Shown here piece by piece: positions 47,011-55,955 of a DNA stretch of 64,000 bases. The DNA is taken from NCBI GenBank assembly GCA_965205975.1, contig OZ242195.1, positions 5,376,001 to 5,440,000 of the forward strand. The letters are read 5' to 3'. Positions within the stretch are counted from its first letter, which is position 1. Every line of letters begins with the position of its first letter. The DNA is from Candidatus Latescibacterota bacterium. Lineage in GTDB: Bacteria > Latescibacterota > UBA2968. Under the pieces are notes generated by a model that saw only the letters and a program-made list of their open reading frames with translations, did no database searches and had not been told where the DNA came from. The position numbers were made by a program, and so were the translations under genes.

Positions 47011-49773
47011 ATGCCAAAGCGCGCGTTTATTATCCTCATTTTGGGTTTTACTGTTTTTGCAGCTTTTGTTGGGCTGAGGCTGCTCTCGGTGATTTATACC
47101 GATTTTCTCTGGTTTTCAGAACTCGGCTTTCAAAACGCTTTTGTCACTATTATACGCACCAAAACCCTCGCCCTTTTCGCATTTGGAAGTGTTTTTGCAC
47201 TGCTCTGCGGTATTAGTATTGTCGCTGCCCGGCGCTATGGACAGCCCACCCGCATCATGGCGCTTGAGGTTATTATCGATGGCGATGTTCCCATACCGCC
47301 AGATCACTCTCTCCGACAGCGCTACGCCTGGATCGGGATTGTTGCGCTGTTGTCCTTTTTTATGGGTGTTGCGGGCACTTCAGCCTGGTCCGTTGTTCTC
47401 AAATACGCCAATCCCACGCCTTTTGATCTGACCGATCCCATATTTGGGTACGACATAGCATTTTATGTTTTTAGTTTGCCGCTGTACAATTTTCTGCAGG
47501 GTTGGCTCATTTCTGCAGTTATTGTGACGGGGATTGCTACAGTTGTTTCCTATCATCAGGATAGAGCGATTCGGTTCGATGACAAGCGCTGGATTACGAC
47601 CCCGTATGTGCGGGCACACGTCTCAATTCTCGGCGCTGTTCTCGCTCTTTTACTCGCGTGGGGGTATTGGCTAAAAAAATACGAATTGCTCTTTTCTTTT
47701 CGCAAAGAAGCTTTTTTTGGCGCGGGTTATACAGACCTCACTATTCAGATTTGGGCTTATTATTTGATGCTTTTGGGGCTTATTGTTCTGGCGGGTTTGC
47801 TCTTTTACAACGTGCGCGTTCGCACATGGACGATTCCCGGATTTGGCGCGGCGGGCTATCTCGGTGCGCTCATTGTCGTGAGTTGGTGCATCCCTGTGGT
47901 CTTTGAACTGGTGGTTGTGCGGCCCAATGAATTTGATAGAGAAAAGCCGTATATACAACATGCTATTAATTATACGCGCAAAGCATATAGTCTGGACAAG
48001 ATTGAGGAAGTACCTTTTCCCGGCGAATCTGATCTCACTGCGGATGATATCGCAGATAATCAGGCTACCATACAAAGTATTCCGCTGTGGGATCGCCGCC
48101 CGCTTATGGATACGTATTCGCAGATTCAGGAAATTCGGTCCTACTACAAATTTCGAAGTGTCGATGTGGATCGGTATCACATTGAGGGAACGTATCGGCA
48201 GGTTATGCTGGCCGCACGCGAACTGGCGAGAAATCCGCGCGATTTACCAGGGGATACATGGGTCAATCGACGTCTTGTGTACACGCATGGATACGGTCTG
48301 GTCATGAGTCCGGCGAATGAGATTGCAGCCGAAGGACTGCCGGGATTTCTGCTCAAAGATATTCCACCGGTTACATCGGACGGCCTCGAAGTTGTTCGTC
48401 CCGAACTCTATTACGGGGAGGATATGCGCGATTATGTTATCGTTCGGACCAATACACCCGAATTTGACTATCCCAAAGGCGATGAGAATATATACACGAC
48501 TTATAAGGGGCGCGGTGGTGTGCCAATGGGCGGATTTTTGACACGCCTTGTATTTGCCATTCGCTTTGTCGATCCATTTATTCTTTTTACCGATGCGATA
48601 ACGCCTCAAAGTCGCATTGTGTTTGACCGGCACATCGGCACTCGCTTTGGCGAAGATGCCCCGCGGCGATTTGACAAAATAGCTCCGTTTCTCCGTTTTG
48701 ACAACGATCCCTATCTCGCTCTGGTTGAAGGTCGCCTGGTCTGGATACAAGATGCCTATACCATCTCCAATATGTTTCCCTATTCGATGCCTTATGGACG
48801 GCCTTATGTGCGAGAGATGAACTATATCCGAAATTCTGTCAAAGTGGTGCTCGACGCGTATAATGGTAGCGTCACTTTTTATGCCTGGGATACGAGCGAC
48901 CCTCTTCTCAAGACCTATATGGCGATTTTCCCGCATCTGTTCAAGTCGGCCGATGAAATCAGTCCCGAACTTCGAGTACACCTGCGGTATCCGATAGATC
49001 TCTTTGATATTCAGGCGTCGCTTTTCAATACGTATCACATGACCACTCCGATTGTGTTCTACAACCGCGAAGATGTGTGGGAGATTCCCACCGAATATTA
49101 TGGGACAGTTGACCGCCCCATTCGCATGCGTCCGTATTATGTGATGGCGCGTTTGCCGGATGAAGACCGCGAAGAATATATTCTTATGCTGCCGGCTACG
49201 CCTTCCAACAAACCCAATATGATCGGTTGGATATTTGCGCGCTGTGACGGGGAAAATTACGGACGACTCGTGGTCTATAAATTGCCCAAGGAAAAGCTCA
49301 TTTACGGGCCGATGCTTATCGAACAACGCATCAATCAAGATACTGATATTTCTCGAGAGATTACGCTATGGGACCAGCGAGGATCAGATGTCATACGCGG
49401 TAATTTGCTGGTTATTCCCATCCGCAATTCGTTCATTTATGTCGAGCCGCTTTATTTGCGCGCGTCCCAACACGGTATGCCAGAACTCAAGCGCGTACTC
49501 GCTATTCACGGCGACCGCCTCGCTATGGGCGAAGATCTCAACGATGCCCTCAACAGGGTTTTTGCCAAAAAAACGGGTACGCGAGTTCGGGATACTAAAA
49601 TTTTGCCAGAAGACCTCAAAGCACTTGCTCGCCAGGCCTATCGGCAATTTGAAGAGGCTCAAAAGCAGTTGCGCGCAGGCGAGTTCTCCGATTATGGACA
49701 AAGCGTTGAGGCACTGCGTCAAACTCTTCGGCGTATGTATGAAAGTGAAGAACAAAATAGACGAGATGAATAG
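47011..49773 (+). CDS. UPF0182 family membrane protein
   Basis: D.LWF.ELG, DPIFG.DI.FY.F.LP, VDVDRY, YTHGYG, NYIRNSVK, GNLLVIP...FIYVEPLY. Confidence 0.95.
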   Translation: MPKRAFIILILGFTVFAAFVGLRLLSVIYTDFLWFSELGFQNAFVTIIRTKTLALFAFGSVFALLCGISIVAARRYGQPTRIMALEVIIDGDVPIPPDHSLRQRYAWIGIVALLSFFMGVAGTSAWSVVLKYANPTPFDLTDPIFGYDIAFYVFSLPLYNFLQGWLISAVIVTGIATVVSYHQDRAIRFDDKRWITTPYVRAHVSILGAVLALLLAWGYWLKKYELLFSFRKEAFFGAGYTDLTIQIWAYYLMLLGLIVLAGLLFYNVRVRTWTIPGFGAAGYLGALIVVSWCIPVVFELVVVRPNEFDREKPYIQHAINYTRKAYSLDKIEEVPFPGESDLTADDIADNQATIQSIPLWDRRPLMDTYSQIQEIRSYYKFRSVDVDRYHIEGTYRQVMLAARELARNPRDLPGDTWVNRRLVYTHGYGLVMSPANEIAAEGLPGFLLKDIPPVTSDGLEVVRPELYYGEDMRDYVIVRTNTPEFDYPKGDENIYTTYKGRGGVPMGGFLTRLVFAIRFVDPFILFTDAITPQSRIVFDRHIGTRFGEDAPRRFDKIAPFLRFDNDPYLALVEGRLVWIQDAYTISNMFPYSMPYGRPYVREMNYIRNSVKVVLDAYNGSVTFYAWDTSDPLLKTYMAIFPHLFKSADEISPELRVHLRYPIDLFDIQASLFNTYHMTTPIVFYNREDVWEIPTEYYGTVDRPIRMRPYYVMARLPDEDREEYILMLPATPSNKPNMIGWIFARCDGENYGRLVVYKLPKEKLIYGPMLIEQRINQDTDISREITLWDQRGSDVIRGNLLVIPIRNSFIYVEPLYLRASQHGMPELKRVLAIHGDRLAMGEDLNDALNRVFAKKTGTRVRDTKILPEDLKALARQAYRQFEEAQKQLRAGEFSDYGQSVEALRQTLRRMYESEEQNRRDE

Positions 49774-50674
49774 ACAGGTCTCAAAGTGGGCCGATTTACT
49801 CACTGAACAGCGCAATCCCAATAGCACCCACATTGACCGGTGTTCGACGGCGGATGCATTGCGCCTTATCAATGCCGAAGATCAAAAAGTAGCGCGTGCT
49901 GTTGAAGATGTGATAGGTGATGTTGCCAGTGCTGTCGATATCGTGGTATCGGCATTTCAAAAGGGCGGCCGCCTCTTTTATGTCGGTGCGGGAACCAGTG
50001 GTCGCCTCGGCGTTCTCGATGCGTCTGAATGCCCGCCGACCTATGGCGTGTCACCCGATCTCGTGCAAGGTATTATCGCTGGCGGTATTCCCGCTTTGAC
50101 GCATTCACAAGAAGGCGCGGAAGACTATCCTGAAGATGGCGAAGAAGCACTCAAAGATCGCGGCTGTACCTCTGAGGATGTCGTTATGGGTATTGCGGCG
50201 AGTGGGGTTACACCTTTTGTGCTCGGTGCGCTTGAATACGCACAACGCATTGGCGCGAAAGCTTTGTTTTTTACATGTAATCCGGATGTGGCGGAAAAAG
50301 TACGCGCAGATGTTGCGATTATCCCTATTGTAGGGCCAGAAGTCATTGCCGGTTCGACGCGCATGAAAGCGGGCACGGCTACCAAGCTCGTGCTCAATAT
50401 GATTACTACAACGGCTATGATCCGTCTGGGTAAGGTCTATGAAAATCTGATGGTTGACCTCGCGCCGACTTGCGACAAACTCATAGACCGTGCCGAACGC
50501 ATTTTGGGGATCGTATCTGATCTGACGCCTGAAGAGAGTCGCCGGGTACTCGACGATGCAGAGGGTGATCTCAAAACGGCTATTATCATGACAAAACGGG
50601 CTGTCTCTATAGAAACAGCCCGCGATTTACTGCGGCAAAACGACGGCGTTATCAATAAGGTTCTGGTAGATTAA
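49766..50674 (+). CDS. murQ: N-acetylmuramic acid 6-phosphate etherase
   Basis: TEQRNP, GAGTSGRLGVLDASECPPT, GPEVIAGSTRMKAGTA; start trimmed to ATG 49766. Confidence 0.95.
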   Translation: MNRQVSKWADLLTEQRNPNSTHIDRCSTADALRLINAEDQKVARAVEDVIGDVASAVDIVVSAFQKGGRLFYVGAGTSGRLGVLDASECPPTYGVSPDLVQGIIAGGIPALTHSQEGAEDYPEDGEEALKDRGCTSEDVVMGIAASGVTPFVLGALEYAQRIGAKALFFTCNPDVAEKVRADVAIIPIVGPEVIAGSTRMKAGTATKLVLNMITTTAMIRLGKVYENLMVDLAPTCDKLIDRAERILGIVSDLTPEESRRVLDDAEGDLKTAIIMTKRAVSIETARDLLRQNDGVINKVLVD

Positions 50675-52200
50675 GCCTTGTTTTGTTCTCCTTGATAGAA
50701 TGCTTTTACCAGACTGTCGAGAAAGTTTTTGGGCTGGCGCACGGCTTCTGCGGTAATGACAAAAGATTGGTGCCCTAACAGCTTTAGCCCATGCCCGTAA
50801 TCATCGAATAAATCCGGACACACTTCGTCAACTGTTCGATTTTCTTTTGTGGCCTTTTCGGCAAGTGCGCCCAGTGCGTCATCGTCAAAGATGAGTGCGA
50901 TGCCATAAGCGTCCTGGAATCGCTTGACAAACGCGTTTGTGCCCCGCAGGATCAGCAACTGCTGAAGTGCGTGATCGGGATTTTCAATCACATTTTTTGT
51001 GACGTGAAACGAATCGATGTTTGTCGAAGGTAATGATTTTTCAAATTTGAGTAATGTGCGCTCACATACGCTGACCAGACTTCGCGCGCCGGTTTGTTCC
51101 TGGGCTGCCTGTTCGGCCAATAACCTGAGCGCATCGTCATCAAAAGTTAGATCAATGCCATAGGCTTTGAAGTCGCGTTTCTTGCCCAGGATCACCGAAC
51201 TGGTCTGGCTCTGCAAAATCGCGTAGAGATCGTCAACGTTCAAGGGCGTTAAAACTGCTGTTACGGGCAACCGCCCCACAAACTCAGACTCAAAACCGTA
51301 TTCGATCAGGTCTTCTGTTTTGGCGTATTGCAAAAGTTCTGTGCGATCCTGTTCGTGAGACATGTCGCGCCCAGATTGAAACCCGACTTTGCCCAGATTG
51401 AGACGTTTTCGCACGATGTCATTGAGTCCGCTGAATGCACCGCTTACGATAAACAGGATATTGCGCGTGTTAATTTTTTGACGCTCTACTTTGCCACTGC
51501 GCTGAAATTGCATCATGGATTCCATCTGCGATGTGAGGTCGTGCGGTGCTTTGAGATCGACGTCGGTTTCTTCCATGAGTTTGAGCAGGTTGCGCTGAAC
51601 GCCCGTGCGCGATACATCTGGGCCAACCAGATTTGAGGCTGATGCAATTTTGTCTATTTCGTCGATGTACACAATGCCGTATTGCGCCATTTCAATGCTG
51701 CCATCGGCTTCGCGCACGAGTTCTCGAATCAGGTCTTCGACATCGCCACCCACATATCCGGTTTCGCTGAATTTTGTCGCATCGCCCTTGACAAATGGAA
51801 CGCCAATGCGTTGTGCAATCAACTTGATCAAATACGTTTTTCCCACGCCCGTAGGACCAATCAGGAGTATATTGTTTTTGATTTGTCCTACATTTTTGCG
51901 CGAAAATTCCGGGTCTTCGCGGTCGAGTTTCATGCGATTGTAGTGCGTACATATTTTGGTGGCTAATACTTCTTTTGCTTCGGACTGCTGCACCACATAC
52001 TCGTTTAAGTAAGCCTCCAACTCTTCGGGCTTGAGGTCAAAATCTATGGTTTGTTCTGCGGGTTCTTCCACGCGGGGACCTTCCTGCATTCCGTCAGTTT
52101 CCCCTTCGGGAAATACCACCTGATTCCCGTATTTTTCTTCGAGGAAGTTTTTGAGATCTTTTTGCAATTCTGCAGGAGAAAAAGGTCGTTTTTCAGACAT
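50671..52200 (-). CDS. ClpX-like AAA+ ATPase lacking the N-terminal zinc finger
   Basis: NILLIGPTGVGKT, DATKFSETGYVG.DVE, YIDEIDKI, DVSRTGVQ, EFVGRLPV, TGARSL; VGF at the IGF-loop position. Confidence 0.85.
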   Translation of the reverse strand: MSEKRPFSPAELQKDLKNFLEEKYGNQVVFPEGETDGMQEGPRVEEPAEQTIDFDLKPEELEAYLNEYVVQQSEAKEVLATKICTHYNRMKLDREDPEFSRKNVGQIKNNILLIGPTGVGKTYLIKLIAQRIGVPFVKGDATKFSETGYVGGDVEDLIRELVREADGSIEMAQYGIVYIDEIDKIASASNLVGPDVSRTGVQRNLLKLMEETDVDLKAPHDLTSQMESMMQFQRSGKVERQKINTRNILFIVSGAFSGLNDIVRKRLNLGKVGFQSGRDMSHEQDRTELLQYAKTEDLIEYGFESEFVGRLPVTAVLTPLNVDDLYAILQSQTSSVILGKKRDFKAYGIDLTFDDDALRLLAEQAAQEQTGARSLVSVCERTLLKFEKSLPSTNIDSFHVTKNVIENPDHALQQLLILRGTNAFVKRFQDAYGIALIFDDDALGALAEKATKENRTVDEVCPDLFDDYGHGLKLLGHQSFVITAEAVRQPKNFLDSLVKAFYQGEQNKA

Positions 52201-52302
52201 AAAAAAAGCTCCAGGGTCAAGGGGCTGGGGATAAGCTCTCAGTCCATCCAGGGTAATAACTGAAAGCACCTAAACAATACCAATACTGCTTCTAACTGTC
52301 AA
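52201..52302 (-). promoter_or_regulatory. Promoter and structured 5' leader of the clpX-like gene
   Basis: TTGACA (52302-52297), 17 nt, TATTGT; leader has two hairpins, the second followed by U7 directly before the ATG. Confidence 0.5.
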
Positions 52303-52342
52303 GTTATCATCAAAACATACTATGCCAGGATGAGATACAGAT

Positions 52343-54064
52343 ATGAACCTCAGCCCACTAACACTTCGCAGATTATGCGATGAATTGCAGCCTCAGATTG
52401 ACCATCGTCTGATCCGCGATGTGTACCTCGTAGGTCGGCACGATCTGTTTTTGCATCTGGGCGATGCAGGGGACCTCTTGCTTTCCTCACATCCAGGTCG
52501 AAGTTGTCTGATGCTGACCCAGCCGCCTATCGACGCCCAGCGTGTGCGCATCCCCTGGGCGGATCGCTATTTGCGCGGTGCGGGTATTATTGGCATTGAA
52601 CATGTTCCCCACGAACGCATTGTGCATCTCGTGGTTCGCAAGCGCGACCGCATTGGCACAGCTACCGATTCTCGCATTATATGCGAGTTGATCAACAGGT
52701 ATGCCAATGTTGTTCTCGTAGATATGAAAACCGAACGAATTCTGGGAGCGCTCAGGTCCATTCGCACGCGTCAGAACCGCGTGCGAGAAATATCCCCGGG
52801 AAAGATCTATCAGCCGCCGCCAGCACTTGACCGCATGCCACCGGAAAGCGCGAAGTTTTCTTTTTTGATCGATATTCCCCAGGATATGCGCGCAAACGCG
52901 CTTGTGCAACATATTGCGGGGCTTGATCTTATATCCGCACGCGAATTGCTTCATATTGCTGGTTTTGTGGAAAAACGCCGGCTTTCCGCCAGCGATCTCG
53001 CAAATTTTGAAGAGATTATTCGCACCTTTTTTGCGAATCCGCCATTTTGTGACGGGGGCCTGCGCGTGCGCGAAGGGGATAATCACAACGCGATTTGTGC
53101 TCTTGATGTTCGGCATACGCAGATAGAACAAGCGTACAGTACGCTCAGCGAAGCCATATCGGATGTTGTGGCGTGTGAAGTTCAGGCTGAAGCACTTAAA
53201 GGCCGACAGAAAAATATCGAGAAGGATGTGAAAAAACGCCTGACTGTCTGCGAGCGGAAAATTGCGCGGATCCGCGCAGATATCAACGATGCGAGCAATG
53301 CAGATTTGTATGAAAAGATGGGGAATGTACTGATGTGCCACATCGCACAGATTCCTCCGAATATCGATACTATCACGTTGCCCGATGTGTTTAGTCCATC
53401 CAGTGGGGATATGGTTATTCCCCTCAATCCGCGGCGCACGGCTTCGGAAAATGCCAGTGCGTATCTCAAGCGGGCACGGAAAGCGAGAAAAGGCGTGCCT
53501 ATTCTCGCCAAACGCCTCGTGACCGCGCAGAGGGAGAAAGATGAAATCCAGCAGTACATAGATCGCCTCAATACTGTCCGTTCAGAAGCTGAGTTTGATG
53601 AGATACGACAGGAATTGGAAGACGCACGTCTGATCAAAGCGCCAAAAAAGAGACCGCAAGTCAGGTCTAAACGCCAGAGCGGCGATATTCATCCCAGACG
53701 GTATCGCACACAAGATGGTTGGCGCGTGCTGGTGGGGCGGAATAATGCGGAAAATGACAGGCTTACCAAAAGTTCAGGCCGCGACGATCTCTTTTTGCAT
53801 GTTCACGGATGTCCGGGATCCCATGTGATTCTCAAACGCGATGGCAGAGCGGACCGCCCTTCTCGAAAAACACTTGAAGAAGCGGCCAGTCTGGCGGCTT
53901 ACTGGAGCAAAGCGCGGGGTGCCCAAAGTGTGCCGGTCAATTATACGGAGGTGCGCTATGTGCAAAAGCCGCGCGGGGCACCGCCGGGCCTGGTGACTAT
54001 TCGCAACGAAAAAACTGTGATGGTCTCGCCTCGTGAACTCAAGCGCGAGGATGAGTATTCGTAA
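52343..54064 (+). CDS. rqcH: NFACT / RqcH (FbpA-like) ribosome quality control protein
   Basis: ERIV, ELINRYANVVL, ENA..Y.KR.RK, VGRN..END.LT, H....PGSHV, AA.LAAYWS, KP.GAPPG.V. Confidence 0.9.
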   Translation: MNLSPLTLRRLCDELQPQIDHRLIRDVYLVGRHDLFLHLGDAGDLLLSSHPGRSCLMLTQPPIDAQRVRIPWADRYLRGAGIIGIEHVPHERIVHLVVRKRDRIGTATDSRIICELINRYANVVLVDMKTERILGALRSIRTRQNRVREISPGKIYQPPPALDRMPPESAKFSFLIDIPQDMRANALVQHIAGLDLISARELLHIAGFVEKRRLSASDLANFEEIIRTFFANPPFCDGGLRVREGDNHNAICALDVRHTQIEQAYSTLSEAISDVVACEVQAEALKGRQKNIEKDVKKRLTVCERKIARIRADINDASNADLYEKMGNVLMCHIAQIPPNIDTITLPDVFSPSSGDMVIPLNPRRTASENASAYLKRARKARKGVPILAKRLVTAQREKDEIQQYIDRLNTVRSEAEFDEIRQELEDARLIKAPKKRPQVRSKRQSGDIHPRRYRTQDGWRVLVGRNNAENDRLTKSSGRDDLFLHVHGCPGSHVILKRDGRADRPSRKTLEEAASLAAYWSKARGAQSVPVNYTEVRYVQKPRGAPPGLVTIRNEKTVMVSPRELKREDEYS

Positions 54065-54092
54065 ATTTTTATATCTTTTCAAGGGAGATATT

Positions 54093-54824
54093 GTGTCGAG
54101 AAAGAAGGTGTTGATTACAGGTGCAGCAGGGCGAATTGGCGTGGTGCTTACAGATGGTTTGCACGAGCGGTATCAACTGCGAGTGCTTTACAATCGCACG
54201 ATTTTAGATCAGAAGTATGACGAGGAAGTGATGGTGGGGAATATCACGGATCTGGAGAAGATGGAAGAGGCAGTGGATGGAATGGATGCGGTGGTTCACA
54301 TGGCGGGCAATCCGTCGGGTGGTGCGACGTTTGAAGAAACAGTTGAGGCGAATATTATTGGTACCTACAATATTTACGAGGCGTGCAAGCGCAGGGGGGT
54401 GAAGCGGGTGATTTTTGCCAGTACAAATCACGTTACGGGCATGTATGAAAAGAAGGGACCGATTTACACGACCTGGGAAATGCCCGTGCGTCCCGATAGT
54501 TATTACGGTGCGAGCAAAGCGTATGGCGAAGCGTTGGGACGGTATTATGTCGATGCGTATGGCCTGTCTGTAATTTGCCATCGCATCGGGTCTTTTCAGC
54601 CCGTTTCTTCTGTCCTCAAACGGGGTAGTGACCGCATTTTATCGACCTGGTTGAGTTATAAGGATACGGTGCAACTGACCTGGCGAAGTATTGAGGCATC
54701 GAAGAAAATTGATTTTGCGATTTATTACGGGATTTCGGGCAATACGCGAGCGTATTGGGATCTTCAGAATGCGCGTGAAGAGATCGGATATGATCCCGTG
54801 GATAATGCTGAGGATTATGTGTAG
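54093..54824 (+). CDS. NAD-dependent epimerase/dehydratase (uronate dehydrogenase-like)
   Basis: ITGAAGRIG, ASTNH..G, RPDSYYGASK, RIGSF, STWLS; GTG start after SD GGGAG. Confidence 0.85.
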   Translation: MSRKKVLITGAAGRIGVVLTDGLHERYQLRVLYNRTILDQKYDEEVMVGNITDLEKMEEAVDGMDAVVHMAGNPSGGATFEETVEANIIGTYNIYEACKRRGVKRVIFASTNHVTGMYEKKGPIYTTWEMPVRPDSYYGASKAYGEALGRYYVDAYGLSVICHRIGSFQPVSSVLKRGSDRILSTWLSYKDTVQLTWRSIEASKKIDFAIYYGISGNTRAYWDLQNAREEIGYDPVDNAEDYV

Positions 54825-54835
54825 CGAGAAATGCT

Positions 54836-54871
54836 AAAAACCGCCGATTGCTCAAGATCGGCGGTTTTTTT
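54836..54871. terminator. Bidirectional terminator
   Basis: A5-ccgccgat-loop-atcggcgg-T7. Confidence 0.75.
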
Positions 54872-55751
54872 ATGCGAGGCCGTGCATGCGTTTGGCAGAT
54901 GTTATGGTGTTGTACAGGAGCATGGTGATGGTCATGGGACCAACGCCGCCCGGGACGGGTGTGATGGCGTGCGCTTTTTTGCTGATGGCTTTGTAATCGA
55001 CATCGCCAACGAGGCGATAGCCCGCTTTTTTGGATTTGTCGGGTACTCGGTTGACGCCGATGTCGATGACGACTGTGCCATCCTGTACCATGTCGGCTGT
55101 GACGGTATTGGGATGCCCTGTTACCACTATGAGGATATCGGCCTGACGGGTGAAGTGGCCGAGGTCGCGCGTGCCTGTATGGCATAAGGTGACGGTGGCA
55201 TTTGTGGCTTTTTGCGAGAGGATATTGGCGAGGGGGCGGCCCACCAGGGTGCTGCGCCCCACGATGACGACGTGTTTGCCGGCGACTTCGAAGTTGCCGC
55301 GTTTGAGGATTTGTTGAACGCCGTGCGGCGTGCATGGCAAAAAGCCTTCTTCGCCGCGCATGAGGCGACCGAGGTTGACCGGGTGGAGACCATCTACATC
55401 TTTGTCGGGTGAGAGGCTGTTGAGGACGGTTTGTTCGTCAAAGCCTTCGGGCAGGGGAAGTTGAACGAGGATGCCGTGAATGGCGGGATCGTCGTTGAGT
55501 TGTTCAATGGTGCCGAGGAGGTCGGATTCGGGCTGGTCGGCTGTCAGGGTGTGTTCGATAGAATATATGCCGATGTCTGCACATGCTTTGCGTTTGCCTT
55601 TGATGTAGGATATGGATGCAGGATCGTCGCCGACGAGTACGACTGCGAGGCCAGGGGTGAGGTTGTGATTTGTTTTGAGATTTTTGACTTCTTCAGCCAT
55701 TTCAGCGCGCATGGTTTGGGACAGGTCTGTGCCGTTTATGATTTTTGCCAT
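54870..55751 (-). CDS. folD: Bifunctional methylene-THF dehydrogenase/cyclohydrolase
   Basis: PGLAVVLVGDDPAS, GILVQLPLP, KDVDG, PCTP, GRS.LVGRP, TPVPGGVGPMT; start ATG 55751. Confidence 0.97.
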   Translation of the reverse strand: MAKIINGTDLSQTMRAEMAEEVKNLKTNHNLTPGLAVVLVGDDPASISYIKGKRKACADIGIYSIEHTLTADQPESDLLGTIEQLNDDPAIHGILVQLPLPEGFDEQTVLNSLSPDKDVDGLHPVNLGRLMRGEEGFLPCTPHGVQQILKRGNFEVAGKHVVIVGRSTLVGRPLANILSQKATNATVTLCHTGTRDLGHFTRQADILIVVTGHPNTVTADMVQDGTVVIDIGVNRVPDKSKKAGYRLVGDVDYKAISKKAHAITPVPGGVGPMTITMLLYNTITSAKRMHGLA

Positions 55752-55782
55752 GGTCGCTTTCTCCCATGTGAATGCCCAAAAT

Positions 55783-55822
55783 AAAAATACGCCCGGGCGA
55801 TGTGATTGTTTTCTGCCCAGGC
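55783..55822 (-). terminator. Riboswitch expression-platform terminator
   Basis: GCCUGGGC pairs with downstream GCCCGGGC, followed by GUAUUUUUAUUUU; overlaps the aptamer 3' hairpin. Confidence 0.75.
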
Positions 55823-55889
55823 GGTCGGCGTGTGATATAGTCCAGTGCTTCCTCGTGGTTATTTCCACTTTTCCGCCAGTTACACTGGA
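55814..55889 (-). ncRNA. ZMP/ZTP (pfl) riboswitch
   Basis: Minus strand UCCAGUGUAACUGGCGGAAAAGUGGAAAUAACCACGAGGAAGCACUGGA...CGCCGACCGCCUGGGCA: P1, P2 and the 3' GCCGACCGCCUGGGC hairpin; upstream of folD. Confidence 0.9.
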
Positions 55890-55955
55890 AATTTCTGTAA
55901 ATTTAAAGGATTTGGGCAGATAGTCCAAATTTTTTTGGTTACCAGCCCACATTTT

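Noticed and set aside
49235..49765. N-terminal extension of murQ in the ORF track
   Set aside because: Overlaps the UPF0182 gene in another frame; MurQ similarity starts at ATG 49766.
55752..55952. N-terminal extension of folD
   Set aside because: This region is the ZTP riboswitch leader.
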